NCBI GenBank assembly: GCA_030833925.1
Contig: JAURGE010000008.1
Location: 6,617-70,616, forward strand
DNA length: 64,000 nt
Reading direction: 5' to 3'
DNA from: Alphaproteobacteria bacterium
GTDB taxonomy: Bacteria > Pseudomonadota > Alphaproteobacteria > Bin95
Both the position numbers and the translations under genes were made by a program. How positions within the stretch are numbered: position 1 is the stretch's first letter; every line of letters begins with the position of its first letter. The notes under the pieces are model-generated. The model did not search any database, had not been told where the DNA came from, and was given only the letters and a program-made list of their open reading frames with translations. Below, piece by piece: positions 20,374 to 29,589 of the stretch.

Positions 20374-21258
20374 TTGGAGTATTTTCTTCATCTCCTTGTA
20401 AGCGGACTTCTATCAGGCCCTGTTTATGCGTTGGTTGGGGTCGCGTTTGTCGTCCTTTATCGCGCTTCATCTGTCTTAAACTTTTCTTTAGGGGCTTGGG
20501 TAAACCTCGGAGCTAAGCTCACAGGTATAGGCACTTCAACGCTTGGACTTCCCCTTCTTCTTGCAATCCCAGGCGCACTGGCTGCCCTTTCAGGCCTAGC
20601 CATCTTATTTAACAAGCTGGTTGTTGAACGACTTTCCAATAGGCCTGTCACCTCACTGGTGATGGCCACGCTTGCACTCGGTGTTCTGATGCGTGCGGGA
20701 TCTGCATGGACCTTAACAGGACTTCCTAGCGAAATCCCCGTGCCGTTTGAAAACGCTCTACTCTGGTGGGGAGATATTCCTCTTCCACCTTCCCGATTGC
20801 TAGCAAGCACAGCAGCAATTGCAATAATTGCCGGCCTTTGGACCTTCTTTCAGTTTTCACGAGCAGGGATCGCGCTACGAGCAATTGCAGATGATATTGC
20901 TGCAGCGGCAACAGTCGGCATCCCTTCCATATATTATCTGTCGTTGGCGTGGGCCCTTTCCGCAGCAGCAGCTGTCGCTGGCGGAGTTCTCTGGAGCATA
21001 GATGGTTTAGGTGGCTTTTCTATGACGTTAGTACTCGCAAAAGTATTACCGGTGGTCGTGATAGGTGGCCTAACCAGTTTTGCAGGCACCATGGTCGCCG
21101 CAATGATAATTGGCGTCTCAGAGAATATGGCTGCAGGTTATCTTGATCCAGTAATAGGAACGGGCTCTGGTGCGCTTGTTGCAGCAGTCTTAATTTTTGT
21201 GACCCTAGCAATCCGACCCAATGGTTTGTTCGGAACACCATCAGTCCAACGAATTTGA
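20374..21258 (+). CDS. Branched-chain amino acid type ABC permease (LivH-like)
   Basis: YALVGVAFVVLYRASSVLNFS, GIALRAIADD, VVIGGLTSFAG, RPNGLFG. TTG start with SD GAGG. Confidence 0.85.
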   Translation: MEYFLHLLVSGLLSGPVYALVGVAFVVLYRASSVLNFSLGAWVNLGAKLTGIGTSTLGLPLLLAIPGALAALSGLAILFNKLVVERLSNRPVTSLVMATLALGVLMRAGSAWTLTGLPSEIPVPFENALLWWGDIPLPPSRLLASTAAIAIIAGLWTFFQFSRAGIALRAIADDIAAAATVGIPSIYYLSLAWALSAAAAVAGGVLWSIDGLGGFSMTLVLAKVLPVVVIGGLTSFAGTMVAAMIIGVSENMAAGYLDPVIGTGSGALVAAVLIFVTLAIRPNGLFGTPSVQRI

Positions 21259-21334
21259 CTATAAAACGAGCAGTGCAATTTTTGATGCGAATGTTGCGCG
21301 AAATTCCGGCTCAAATCCTCGAAAACGGTTAGCA

Positions 21335-21351
21335 AAAAAATTGAATTTTTT
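21335..21351. promoter_or_regulatory. AT-rich palindrome upstream of orphan Mo-enzyme gene (possible operator)
   Basis: AAAAAATT-G-AATTTTTT, a perfect 8-1-8 dyad in a 170-nt intergenic region. Low complexity. Confidence 0.3.
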
Positions 21352-21428
21352 AGCCCGTACATAAGAGGACGGCTCGCATAAAGTTTCATCCTCTATATGA
21401 TCTCCCTGCCGACACGAAGGATAAAGCC

Positions 21429-23717
21429 ATGCCCCATCCTGCGCCCGGCCACGGCCGGCTTGAAGACCATCGCTTCATCACGGGCCAGGGTCGGTATACC
21501 GCTAACCTGCGCAGACCAGGCATGGCGCAGCTTGTTGTGGTGCGTTCGCCGCACGCGCATGCGGATATCATTTCGGTTGAGGTCGACCATGTTAGGGACT
21601 TTGCCGGCGTTTTACTGGCGATGACAGGGACAGAATGGACCGATGCTGGTTTTGGCGACCTGCAGAACACCTCCCAAATCCCAAGTGACCCTCCACTTGT
21701 AAGGCCTCCACGTCCTGTAATCGCTAGAAAACGTGTACGGCACCAAGGCGAGCCAGTTGCATTTGTTGTGGCCAAAACCCGTGCAATGGCGATTGATGCC
21801 GCAGAAGCTATAAAAGTGGAATACTCCCCGCTTCCTGCTGTCGTTACCCCTGAGGCTGCGCTAGCAGAAAATGCCACTCAAATTTGGGAAGAAGCTCCAG
21901 GCAATATTTGCGCTATTTTTAAAGCTGGCGAGTGGGAAAAGGCAGAAGCCAATATTGCTTGTTCAACACATATTCTTGAATTCACCTGCGATAACCATCG
22001 TGTGTCGGCCCTTCCTCTGGAAGTTAGGGCTGCAATTGGAGAATACGACGAAAGTACAGGCAATTTTCTTTTGACTGCGTCTGCCCAAGGTGTTCACACA
22101 ATAAAAAATGGCCTTCTCTCAGTCTTCAATATTCCGGGCGATAAACTCCACGTTAAAGCAGAGGACGTAGGCGGTGGATTTGGGGCAAAGAACTTTGTCT
22201 ATCCCGAGTGGGCGATGGTGTTGGCTGGCGCTAAAATTTTAGGCATCCCAGTTGGATGGGTTGGCGATCGAAGTGAAGATGTTACGAGTGGCGCCCATGG
22301 TCGTGCGGTCAAGACCTTCGCCCGGCTCGGGCTCGACGCTGAAGGACGTTTTACTGGACTTACTGCAGAACTCACGGCCGATATTGGGGGGCATTTGTCA
22401 ACTGGCGCACCAGGTAGCGGCACAGTATCTGTTACCCGATCAATTCACGGAATTTATGACATTCCGGCTGTAGGGATGAAGGCACGAGCCGTCTTCACCA
22501 ACACGGCTCCTGTCGATGCTTATCGGGGGGCAGGAAAGCCGGAAGGCAATTACATGATGGAGCGTTTAGTTGATGAGGCCGCCCGTCAATTTGGTTTCGA
22601 TCCAATAAAATTGCGGCTTAAAAATGCGATTCAAACTTTTCCATATAAGACGCCACTTGGCTTTGAGATCGACACAGGCCGATTTGCAGAAAATATTCTA
22701 GAAGCCGTGGATTTAGCGGACCGAGGTGGCTTTGAAGAAAGGCGCCGGCAAAGTGCCGCAAAGGGTAAACTTCGAGGCCAAGGCTTTGCTTGTTTTCTTG
22801 AGAGTGCGCGAGGTGCTCCGTCAGAAGCTGCCGAACTGAGATTCTCAGATGATGGAATGTTCGAAGTAAGAGTAGGCACAGAGTCTAATGGCCAAGGCCA
22901 TGAAACAACATTCACCCGTCTTGCAGCAGAGCGTCTGGGCATTTCGATTGATGAGGTAAGATATTTACAGGCCGACACGCGCGAGACAGCAATGGGTAAT
23001 GGTCACGGTGGCGCGCGCTCTATGCATATGGGTGGGACAGCTATTTATCATTCGATTGAGTCAGCTCTACAAAAAGGCCGGGCGGTGGCGGCTAGGCTAT
23101 TACAGTCCAACACTGAAACTGTTGTCTTTCGCAGCGGCGATTTCATTGCTGCGGATGGACGTGCGGTATCATTATTTGATGTTGCCTCGGCTGCACGCCA
23201 ACCTGAATTCGGGTTTGAGTCAGGTTTAGACAGCTCATGGCATTGGGATAATGCCCCCATAACTTGGCCTGCTGGATGTCATGCAGCTGAGGTTGAAATT
23301 GACCCAGAAACCGGTGTGGTCGAATTACTTTCCTACAAAGCTATCGACGATTATGGAAAGCTGCTCGACCGCCAACTAACGGAGGGACAAGTTCAGGGAG
23401 GCCTTGCTCAAGGCATTGGCCAGGCCCTCCGAGAACAAATTGTCTATGACCAGAATGGCCAATGTCTTACAGCAACTTTGATGGACTATGCAGCGCCCTA
23501 TGCAAACGACCTGCCCAATTTAGAGGTTCACTTCGAGGCCAGTATGACCGAGGCTAATCCACTGGGCGTTAAGGGCTCTGGTCAGGCTGGAGCCATTGCT
23601 GCATCACAAACCGTAATGAATGCTGTTGCCGATGCTCTCGCATATGCTGGTGTAGCTCCAATAGACATGCCAGCAACCCCAGAAAAGGTTTGGTCAGCAA
23701 TCAAGGCGGCAAAGTAG
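21429..23717 (+). CDS. Xanthine-oxidase-family molybdopterin large subunit (orphan, CoxL-like paralog)
   Basis: EDHRFITGQGRY, VGGGFGAK, AYRGAGKPEG, NGQGHET, GVKGSGQAG. Confidence 0.9.
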   Translation: MPHPAPGHGRLEDHRFITGQGRYTANLRRPGMAQLVVVRSPHAHADIISVEVDHVRDFAGVLLAMTGTEWTDAGFGDLQNTSQIPSDPPLVRPPRPVIARKRVRHQGEPVAFVVAKTRAMAIDAAEAIKVEYSPLPAVVTPEAALAENATQIWEEAPGNICAIFKAGEWEKAEANIACSTHILEFTCDNHRVSALPLEVRAAIGEYDESTGNFLLTASAQGVHTIKNGLLSVFNIPGDKLHVKAEDVGGGFGAKNFVYPEWAMVLAGAKILGIPVGWVGDRSEDVTSGAHGRAVKTFARLGLDAEGRFTGLTAELTADIGGHLSTGAPGSGTVSVTRSIHGIYDIPAVGMKARAVFTNTAPVDAYRGAGKPEGNYMMERLVDEAARQFGFDPIKLRLKNAIQTFPYKTPLGFEIDTGRFAENILEAVDLADRGGFEERRRQSAAKGKLRGQGFACFLESARGAPSEAAELRFSDDGMFEVRVGTESNGQGHETTFTRLAAERLGISIDEVRYLQADTRETAMGNGHGGARSMHMGGTAIYHSIESALQKGRAVAARLLQSNTETVVFRSGDFIAADGRAVSLFDVASAARQPEFGFESGLDSSWHWDNAPITWPAGCHAAEVEIDPETGVVELLSYKAIDDYGKLLDRQLTEGQVQGGLAQGIGQALREQIVYDQNGQCLTATLMDYAAPYANDLPNLEVHFEASMTEANPLGVKGSGQAGAIAASQTVMNAVADALAYAGVAPIDMPATPEKVWSAIKAAK

Positions 23718-23721
23718 GTTG

Positions 23722-25050
23722 ATGAAAAAGAAGCAGTTATGTCTTGGCGCATTCATGCGACCAGTTTCCATACACACAGCTGCATGGCGTTTTCCAGGTG
23801 GCTCACCCGACGCAAACTTTAATCTTAAGACCATCGTTTCACTCGCCCAGAAGCTTGAGGCTGCAAAGTTTGATGCCTTCTTCATGGCCGATCACCTAGC
23901 AGTTTTGAATATGCCCATGGAGGCTTTAAAGCGCTCAGCTACTGTTACGTCTTTCGACCCTTTGACCCTTCTACCTGCGCTCGCGATGGTCACGGAACGT
24001 CTTGGACTGATAGCAACTGCTTCAACAACGTTCGAAAGCCCCTATCTAATAGCTCGCAGATTTGCATCGCTAGATCATATTTCAAATGGCCGAGCTGGAT
24101 GGAATATCGTCACTACGTCTAACCCCGATGCAGCAAAAAATTTTGGGATGGACGATCAGATGCCCCATGCCGAGCGTTACGCTCGTGCTCGAGAGTTCTT
24201 CGACGTGGTGACCGGCCTTTGGGACAGCTGGGCCGATGACGCTTTTGTACGGGATGTCAAAAGCGGCATTTATTTTGATCCTGACCGTCTTCGGGTCCTC
24301 AATCACGAAGGTAAATACCTGAAAGTACGCGGACCGTTAAATATTGCCCGACCTGTTCAAGGTTGGCCGCTAATTGTCCAAGCAGGAGCATCAGACGCTG
24401 GACGACAATTAGCAGCTGAGACCGCGGAAATGGTATTTTCATCTGCCCGCAATATCCCCGACGCACAAGAATATTTCCAAGACATCAAATCAAGAGCCGT
24501 AAATGCAGGCCGCAATCCAGATCATGTGAAAATACTTCCCGGAGCCCTTGTTATTGTAGGAGAAACAGAGTCAGAGGCACGTGAAAAACGAGATCTCCTA
24601 GACAGTCTGGTTCATTATGACAGCGGCATTGCCTCACTTTCCATCGCACTTGGTCATGATGCTTCGCAATTTGATCCGGACTCGCCATTACCCGATGTTC
24701 CTGAGACTGAAGCCTCAAAGAGTGGACAAGAGCGGGTAAAGCGCCTAGCAAACGCTGAAAATTTGACGGTTCGTCAACTCGCTGGTCGTTTTGGAGGTTA
24801 TGCTGGCAACGCGTTTGTTGGCACACCTCAAAGCATTGCCGATGAAATGGAAGCCTGGATCGATCAGGAAGCATCCGATGGCTTCAACATCATGATGCCC
24901 TACCTTCCCGCAGGTCTTGATGATGTCTGCGAAAAAGTTGTGCCAGAACTCCAACGTCGCGGGCGGTTCCGAACAGAGTATGAGGGAAAAACTTTAAGAG
25001 AAAACCTGGGTGTCCCTATACCAGAAAACCGATTCTTCTCCGCCAATTAA
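23722..25050 (+). CDS. NtaA/DmoA/SnaA-type FMNH2-dependent monooxygenase (LLM class)
   Basis: KFDAFFMADH, ATASTT, ASLDHISNGRAGWNIVT, LWDSWADDA, QAGAS, DGFNIM. Confidence 0.92.
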   Translation: MKKKQLCLGAFMRPVSIHTAAWRFPGGSPDANFNLKTIVSLAQKLEAAKFDAFFMADHLAVLNMPMEALKRSATVTSFDPLTLLPALAMVTERLGLIATASTTFESPYLIARRFASLDHISNGRAGWNIVTTSNPDAAKNFGMDDQMPHAERYARAREFFDVVTGLWDSWADDAFVRDVKSGIYFDPDRLRVLNHEGKYLKVRGPLNIARPVQGWPLIVQAGASDAGRQLAAETAEMVFSSARNIPDAQEYFQDIKSRAVNAGRNPDHVKILPGALVIVGETESEAREKRDLLDSLVHYDSGIASLSIALGHDASQFDPDSPLPDVPETEASKSGQERVKRLANAENLTVRQLAGRFGGYAGNAFVGTPQSIADEMEAWIDQEASDGFNIMMPYLPAGLDDVCEKVVPELQRRGRFRTEYEGKTLRENLGVPIPENRFFSAN

Positions 25051-25213
25051 TATCTAATTGTTTCTCTTTAATCGGATCTGATTGAAATTAGACCTCAATT
25101 TTTATTAGTTGTCTGGATGAAATGGTCGACAGCGCGCTCTGAGACTAGACACCATGACCACGTCACGGCACATTCGCTGTGAAAAATAACATAGGCAGAA
25201 GGCAATCTTTTCC

Positions 25214-26215
25214 ATGCGAATTCTCATAACGGACAGACATATATCTGATGATGGATTAGAGCAGGAAGCTGCAGGACCGGATATTGAGATAGAGGCTTTT
25301 TCTGCCCCCGAAGAGGTTACGGATGAAGCATGGGCAAGGGCTGATGGGATTGTAACTTATCGTGGCGCAAAGGTCGTAATGGCCAATTTGGCGAAGTTAC
25401 AAAAAGCCCGCATTGTAGTGCGCGGTGGAGTGGGATTTGATGGCTTAGACCTAAAGGTCCTTGGTGAACGTAGCATTGCCGTTTGCACAGTGCCCGACTA
25501 CGGCACAACAGAGGTAGCAGACCATGCCATCGGACTTATGCTTGCACTTCGCCGCGGCCTTGATCGCTATGAGGAAAGGATGCGATCAGACCCTAAAGGC
25601 CTTTGGCGCTATGTGGACAGTCCCTGCGTTGACCGATTGAAAGGCAGAACTTTTGGTGTGTTTGGCATGGGACGCATTGGCCTCGCGGCTGCAAGGCGAG
25701 CTGCCGGTTTTGACATGAATGTTGTCTTTTATGATCCCTTTCAACCAGATGGTTACGAATTGGCAACCGGGTATAAGCGACTGAAATCAGCTGAGGAACT
25801 TTTCGAGATATCCGACACTGTCTCTATTCATTCCCCTCTCAATGAGGGTACGCGGGGAGCAATTAATCGAAACCTACTAAGTCGGATGAAAGAAAAAGCA
25901 GTTGTAATCAACACAGCGCGAGGTCCAATCATCGACCTGGATGCCATGTATGAGGCTTTAAAATCTGGAACTCCATCAGGAGCTGGCTTAGACGTTTTAC
26001 CTGAGGAGCCTGCAAATACCGATCATCCTTTAATAAAAGCCTATATGGCCAAAGAAGAATGGCTTCAGGGACGTTTAATGATTACCCCCCATGCTGCTTT
26101 TTATAGTCCACCAGGTCTTCGCGATTTACGCTTCAAAGCCGTGGCGACTGCAGCTCAGCGCATTCGGGATGGTTCAGTCCGAAACTGCCAAAACCTTGAA
26201 TTTTTGGTGGATTAA
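25214..26215 (+). CDS. CtBP-like D-2-hydroxyacid dehydrogenase
   Basis: VRGGVGFD, VPDYGTTEVADHA, GMGRIG, NTARG, LDVLPEEP, TPHAAFYS. Confidence 0.9.
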   Translation: MRILITDRHISDDGLEQEAAGPDIEIEAFSAPEEVTDEAWARADGIVTYRGAKVVMANLAKLQKARIVVRGGVGFDGLDLKVLGERSIAVCTVPDYGTTEVADHAIGLMLALRRGLDRYEERMRSDPKGLWRYVDSPCVDRLKGRTFGVFGMGRIGLAAARRAAGFDMNVVFYDPFQPDGYELATGYKRLKSAEELFEISDTVSIHSPLNEGTRGAINRNLLSRMKEKAVVINTARGPIIDLDAMYEALKSGTPSGAGLDVLPEEPANTDHPLIKAYMAKEEWLQGRLMITPHAAFYSPPGLRDLRFKAVATAAQRIRDGSVRNCQNLEFLVD

Positions 26216-29127
26216 TGCCTGACGGTTTTCGCCACTCATCAGAAACTCTCATAACTGGAAGGCGTGTTGGTGACCCGAAGCTCGCCAACCGGCTAGCGCG
26301 CTCCATTGAAGGTGATGTGTTCTTCGATGCACCCACTCGTGGGCGCTACTCAACGGACGCCTCTATCTATCAAGTAGAGCCAATTGGCATAGTGCGCCCA
26401 AAGTCAATTACGGATGTTGAGGCTGTATTAAAAATTGCAACAGAGGAAGGTTTGCCTGTGCTGCCCCGTGGAGGTGGCACTAGCCAGTGTGGGCAGACAG
26501 TAGCTGAAGCGATCGTGCTCGATACGTCGACCCACATGAATTCGATTCTAGATGTTAATAAAGAAACCAAAACTGCCAAGGTTGCGCCGGGTGTTGTACT
26601 GGCCGAGTTAAACTCACAGCTCGCTAGGGAAAAGCTGTTCTTTCCAGTTGACCCTTCGACAGCAAGTCGATGCACCATTGGAGGTATGACCGCCAATAAC
26701 TCTTCGGGCGCCCGCTCAATCCGCTACGGCATCATGGCGGACAATGTTTTAAGTTTAGATGCAATACTTGCGGACGGATCTACCCAGCACTTTGGATGGA
26801 TCGACGGCGACGCAGAGGATGAAATTGGCTGCTTCCTCCAGAGATTGGCCAGCCGCGAGAGAGAAGAAATAGAAAAGCGAGTGCCTAAGGTGCTGAGGCA
26901 TGTTGCTGGCTACAATCTTCACCGCATCCCACCACCGGGGTCCGGTGGCTTCAATATGGCCGATATCCTAGTAGGCTCTGAGGGTACACTTGGCTTCTTC
27001 AGTGAGATTGAACTGAAGCTTCAGCCTCTGGCGCCAAGGAAAGTCATTGGTATTTGCCAATTCCCTACTTTCCGCGCAGCGATGGAAGCAACTCGGCACC
27101 TAGTCACGCTAAAACCTGACGCAGTGGAACTCGTTGATCGGACGATAATAGAACGTTCTCGAGCAATGCCAGCGTTCGCCGATATTGCAAAAATTATGTC
27201 TCCAGGAGAACCGCAGGCGCTCCTCATAGTAGAATTTTCAGGGCAAACTGAGACCGAGCTGTTACCTCGCCTCCAAGACCTTGAAACTCTAATGGCTGAT
27301 ATTGGTTGGCCGGATGCGGTAGTAAAGGTGACCGATCCTGGCATTCAAAGGCGGGTCTGGGGAGTAAGAGAAGCAGGGTTGAATATAGTGATGGCTATGA
27401 CCGGTGATGCCAAACCGGTGTCGGTAATTGAGGACTGCGCCATCCCGTTGGAGCATTTAGCAGATTTCACAGACCGTCTGACAGAACTCTTTAATCGTCA
27501 TGGGTCGAGTGGCACCTGGTATGCTCACGCAAGCGTTGGACTTCTGCATGTACGTCCGATCCTCAACATGAAAACGGCAGAGGGTGCAAAAAAGCTAAGA
27601 GCCATAGCGGAAGAAGCATTCGCGATTGTAGCTGAATATGAGGGCTCTCATTCCGGCGAACACGGTGATGGAAAAGTTCGTTCAGAATTCATTGAGACTA
27701 TGCAGGGTTCTAGGCTGGCTCGCGCATTTGAGGAGATTAAGGACAAATTTGATCCTGAAAACCGCTTTAACCCAGGCAATATAGTTCACCCACCTAAGTT
27801 AGATGATCGCGGCTTAATGCGGTTCAAACCTGGGTATGGTCCTAGGCCATTTGAACCTGGCCTAGATTGGTCTGCATGGGGTGGTTTTCTTGGCGCTACG
27901 GAGATGTGTAACAACAACGGCACCTGCCGTTCTCTCCAAGCTGGCGTTATGTGCCCTAGCTTCAAGGCAACCCGCAATGAAACCCACGTAACGCGAGGAC
28001 GAGCAAATACGTTGAGACTTGCTCTCTCGGGCCAGTTAGGAGCAGCTGATGCAGCTTCCGACGCGATGGCAGAAGCGATGCAGCTCTGCGTTGGATGCAA
28101 GGGGTGTCGGCGCGAATGCCCTACAGGCGTTGATATGGCGCGCATGAAGATTGAGGTAGCACATCAGGAGCTTAAGCGCGGAAAGAAAACGGCCTTAGGA
28201 GAGCGAGTAACAGCTTTCCTGCCGCGTGCAGCATCCAACCTTTCAAAGATTAGAATACTTTTAAACCTGCGCGATAAAATACCGGGATTTGCTTGGCTAT
28301 CTGAAAAGACGACAGGACTCGCAGCCCAACGAAAATTGCCTGTTTGGTCGGCAAAACCATTCGTCGAACAGGTCGGAGGTCAGCCGGTAGGTGACGGAAA
28401 GGATGTTGTCCTCTTCGCCGATACATTTACTACATGGTTTGAACCAGAGAAGCCTCGGGCTGCGATCCGCGTATTAGAAGCGGCTGGCTTTCGCCCGCAC
28501 GTTGTTCGCGGCACTGATGGCAGGGGGCCATGTTGCGGTAGAACTTTCCTGGCAAGTGGTATGATCGACGATGCAAAAGAGGAAGCCCTTCGCACTCTTG
28601 ATCTTATGGAACCATATTTAAAAATTGGCGCTCCAGTGCTTGGTCTCGAGCCCGCTTGTCTCTTTACATTCAAAGATGAATTCGAGGCTCTACGTCTAGA
28701 CAAAAGAGCTCAGGCTTTATCGGACTCGTCTTTTTTAATCGATGAGTTTCTTGTTGCGAAGGCAACAGACGAGTTCAGATCTAAACTCAAGAATGGGCCA
28801 AGAAAAATACTGGTCCATGGTCACTGCCACCAGAAAGCCTTCGGCGTCGCAGAGACAACACTTTCGGCACTGAAATTAATTCCTAACGCCGAGGTTTCGA
28901 TGGTGGAAAGTTCTTGTTGTGGCATGGCAGGGTCATTTGGCTATCAGAAAAAAACTCTTTCGGTCTCGATAGCAATGGCAGAAATTAGCCTACTTCCTGC
29001 AATTAGGACGGCAGATCAAGAAACTGTCATTGTTGCTGACGGCACGAGCTGTCGCCACCAAATCCAAGATGGGTCAGGACGATATGCTGTGCATGCAATT
29101 GAAGTCCTAGCAAATGCACTTGAATGA
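26215..29127 (+). CDS. FAD-linked, Fe-S-containing D-2-hydroxyacid dehydrogenase (YdiJ/GlcD-GlcF fusion type)
   Basis: YSTDASIY, PRGGGTS, GSEGTLG, SGEHGDG, CNNNGTC, CVGCKGCRRECP, HGHCHQ, CCGMAGSFG. Confidence 0.9.
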   Translation: MPDGFRHSSETLITGRRVGDPKLANRLARSIEGDVFFDAPTRGRYSTDASIYQVEPIGIVRPKSITDVEAVLKIATEEGLPVLPRGGGTSQCGQTVAEAIVLDTSTHMNSILDVNKETKTAKVAPGVVLAELNSQLAREKLFFPVDPSTASRCTIGGMTANNSSGARSIRYGIMADNVLSLDAILADGSTQHFGWIDGDAEDEIGCFLQRLASREREEIEKRVPKVLRHVAGYNLHRIPPPGSGGFNMADILVGSEGTLGFFSEIELKLQPLAPRKVIGICQFPTFRAAMEATRHLVTLKPDAVELVDRTIIERSRAMPAFADIAKIMSPGEPQALLIVEFSGQTETELLPRLQDLETLMADIGWPDAVVKVTDPGIQRRVWGVREAGLNIVMAMTGDAKPVSVIEDCAIPLEHLADFTDRLTELFNRHGSSGTWYAHASVGLLHVRPILNMKTAEGAKKLRAIAEEAFAIVAEYEGSHSGEHGDGKVRSEFIETMQGSRLARAFEEIKDKFDPENRFNPGNIVHPPKLDDRGLMRFKPGYGPRPFEPGLDWSAWGGFLGATEMCNNNGTCRSLQAGVMCPSFKATRNETHVTRGRANTLRLALSGQLGAADAASDAMAEAMQLCVGCKGCRRECPTGVDMARMKIEVAHQELKRGKKTALGERVTAFLPRAASNLSKIRILLNLRDKIPGFAWLSEKTTGLAAQRKLPVWSAKPFVEQVGGQPVGDGKDVVLFADTFTTWFEPEKPRAAIRVLEAAGFRPHVVRGTDGRGPCCGRTFLASGMIDDAKEEALRTLDLMEPYLKIGAPVLGLEPACLFTFKDEFEALRLDKRAQALSDSSFLIDEFLVAKATDEFRSKLKNGPRKILVHGHCHQKAFGVAETTLSALKLIPNAEVSMVESSCCGMAGSFGYQKKTLSVSIAMAEISLLPAIRTADQETVIVADGTSCRHQIQDGSGRYAVHAIEVLANALE

Positions 29128-29244
29128 CGAACGTCTAAGATCTCCCGCCGAGCCAAAAATTTGGAATACTCTTCGACCCCTCGGGGATCTTAAAAAGCCC
29201 AAGAAACATATGATGAAAAAGAGCACATGGATGGAGGTGGTGGA

Positions 29245-29589
29245 GTGATAGGTACAAGAATGCTTTTGGTCATATTGCTGCTAATTCTTCCCTCAACTGC
29301 TCAGCTATCTGAAATAAAAGGCGCTGGACCCGGTTCAACGGCTCAATCAAACAATAATAGTGGTGGAAATGCCCAAATTATCCTTGAAAACCAGATAAAT
29401 GCACTTACCCAAGAGCTGGATATTGCAAAAAAGGTAGCGGCCAACGCGGAGGCTCAAGCTAAGGCTTCGCTTGAAGCTGAAATGAATGACCTCAAGGACC
29501 AAAGAACCTATGCCATAATAGCCGCTATTATTATGTTTCTTATTGCGATCTTTGCACTGTTCCGAAAACCAAGGCCTATATCACAATGA
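29245..29589 (+). CDS. Hypothetical membrane protein (signal peptide, low-complexity linker, coiled coil, C-terminal TM helix)
   Basis: SD GGAGGT at 29233-29238 before GTG 29245. Hydrophobic N- and C-termini, heptad-like middle. Stop overlaps the hyuA-like start (ATGA). Confidence 0.65.
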   Translation: MIGTRMLLVILLLILPSTAQLSEIKGAGPGSTAQSNNNSGGNAQIILENQINALTQELDIAKKVAANAEAQAKASLEAEMNDLKDQRTYAIIAAIIMFLIAIFALFRKPRPISQ

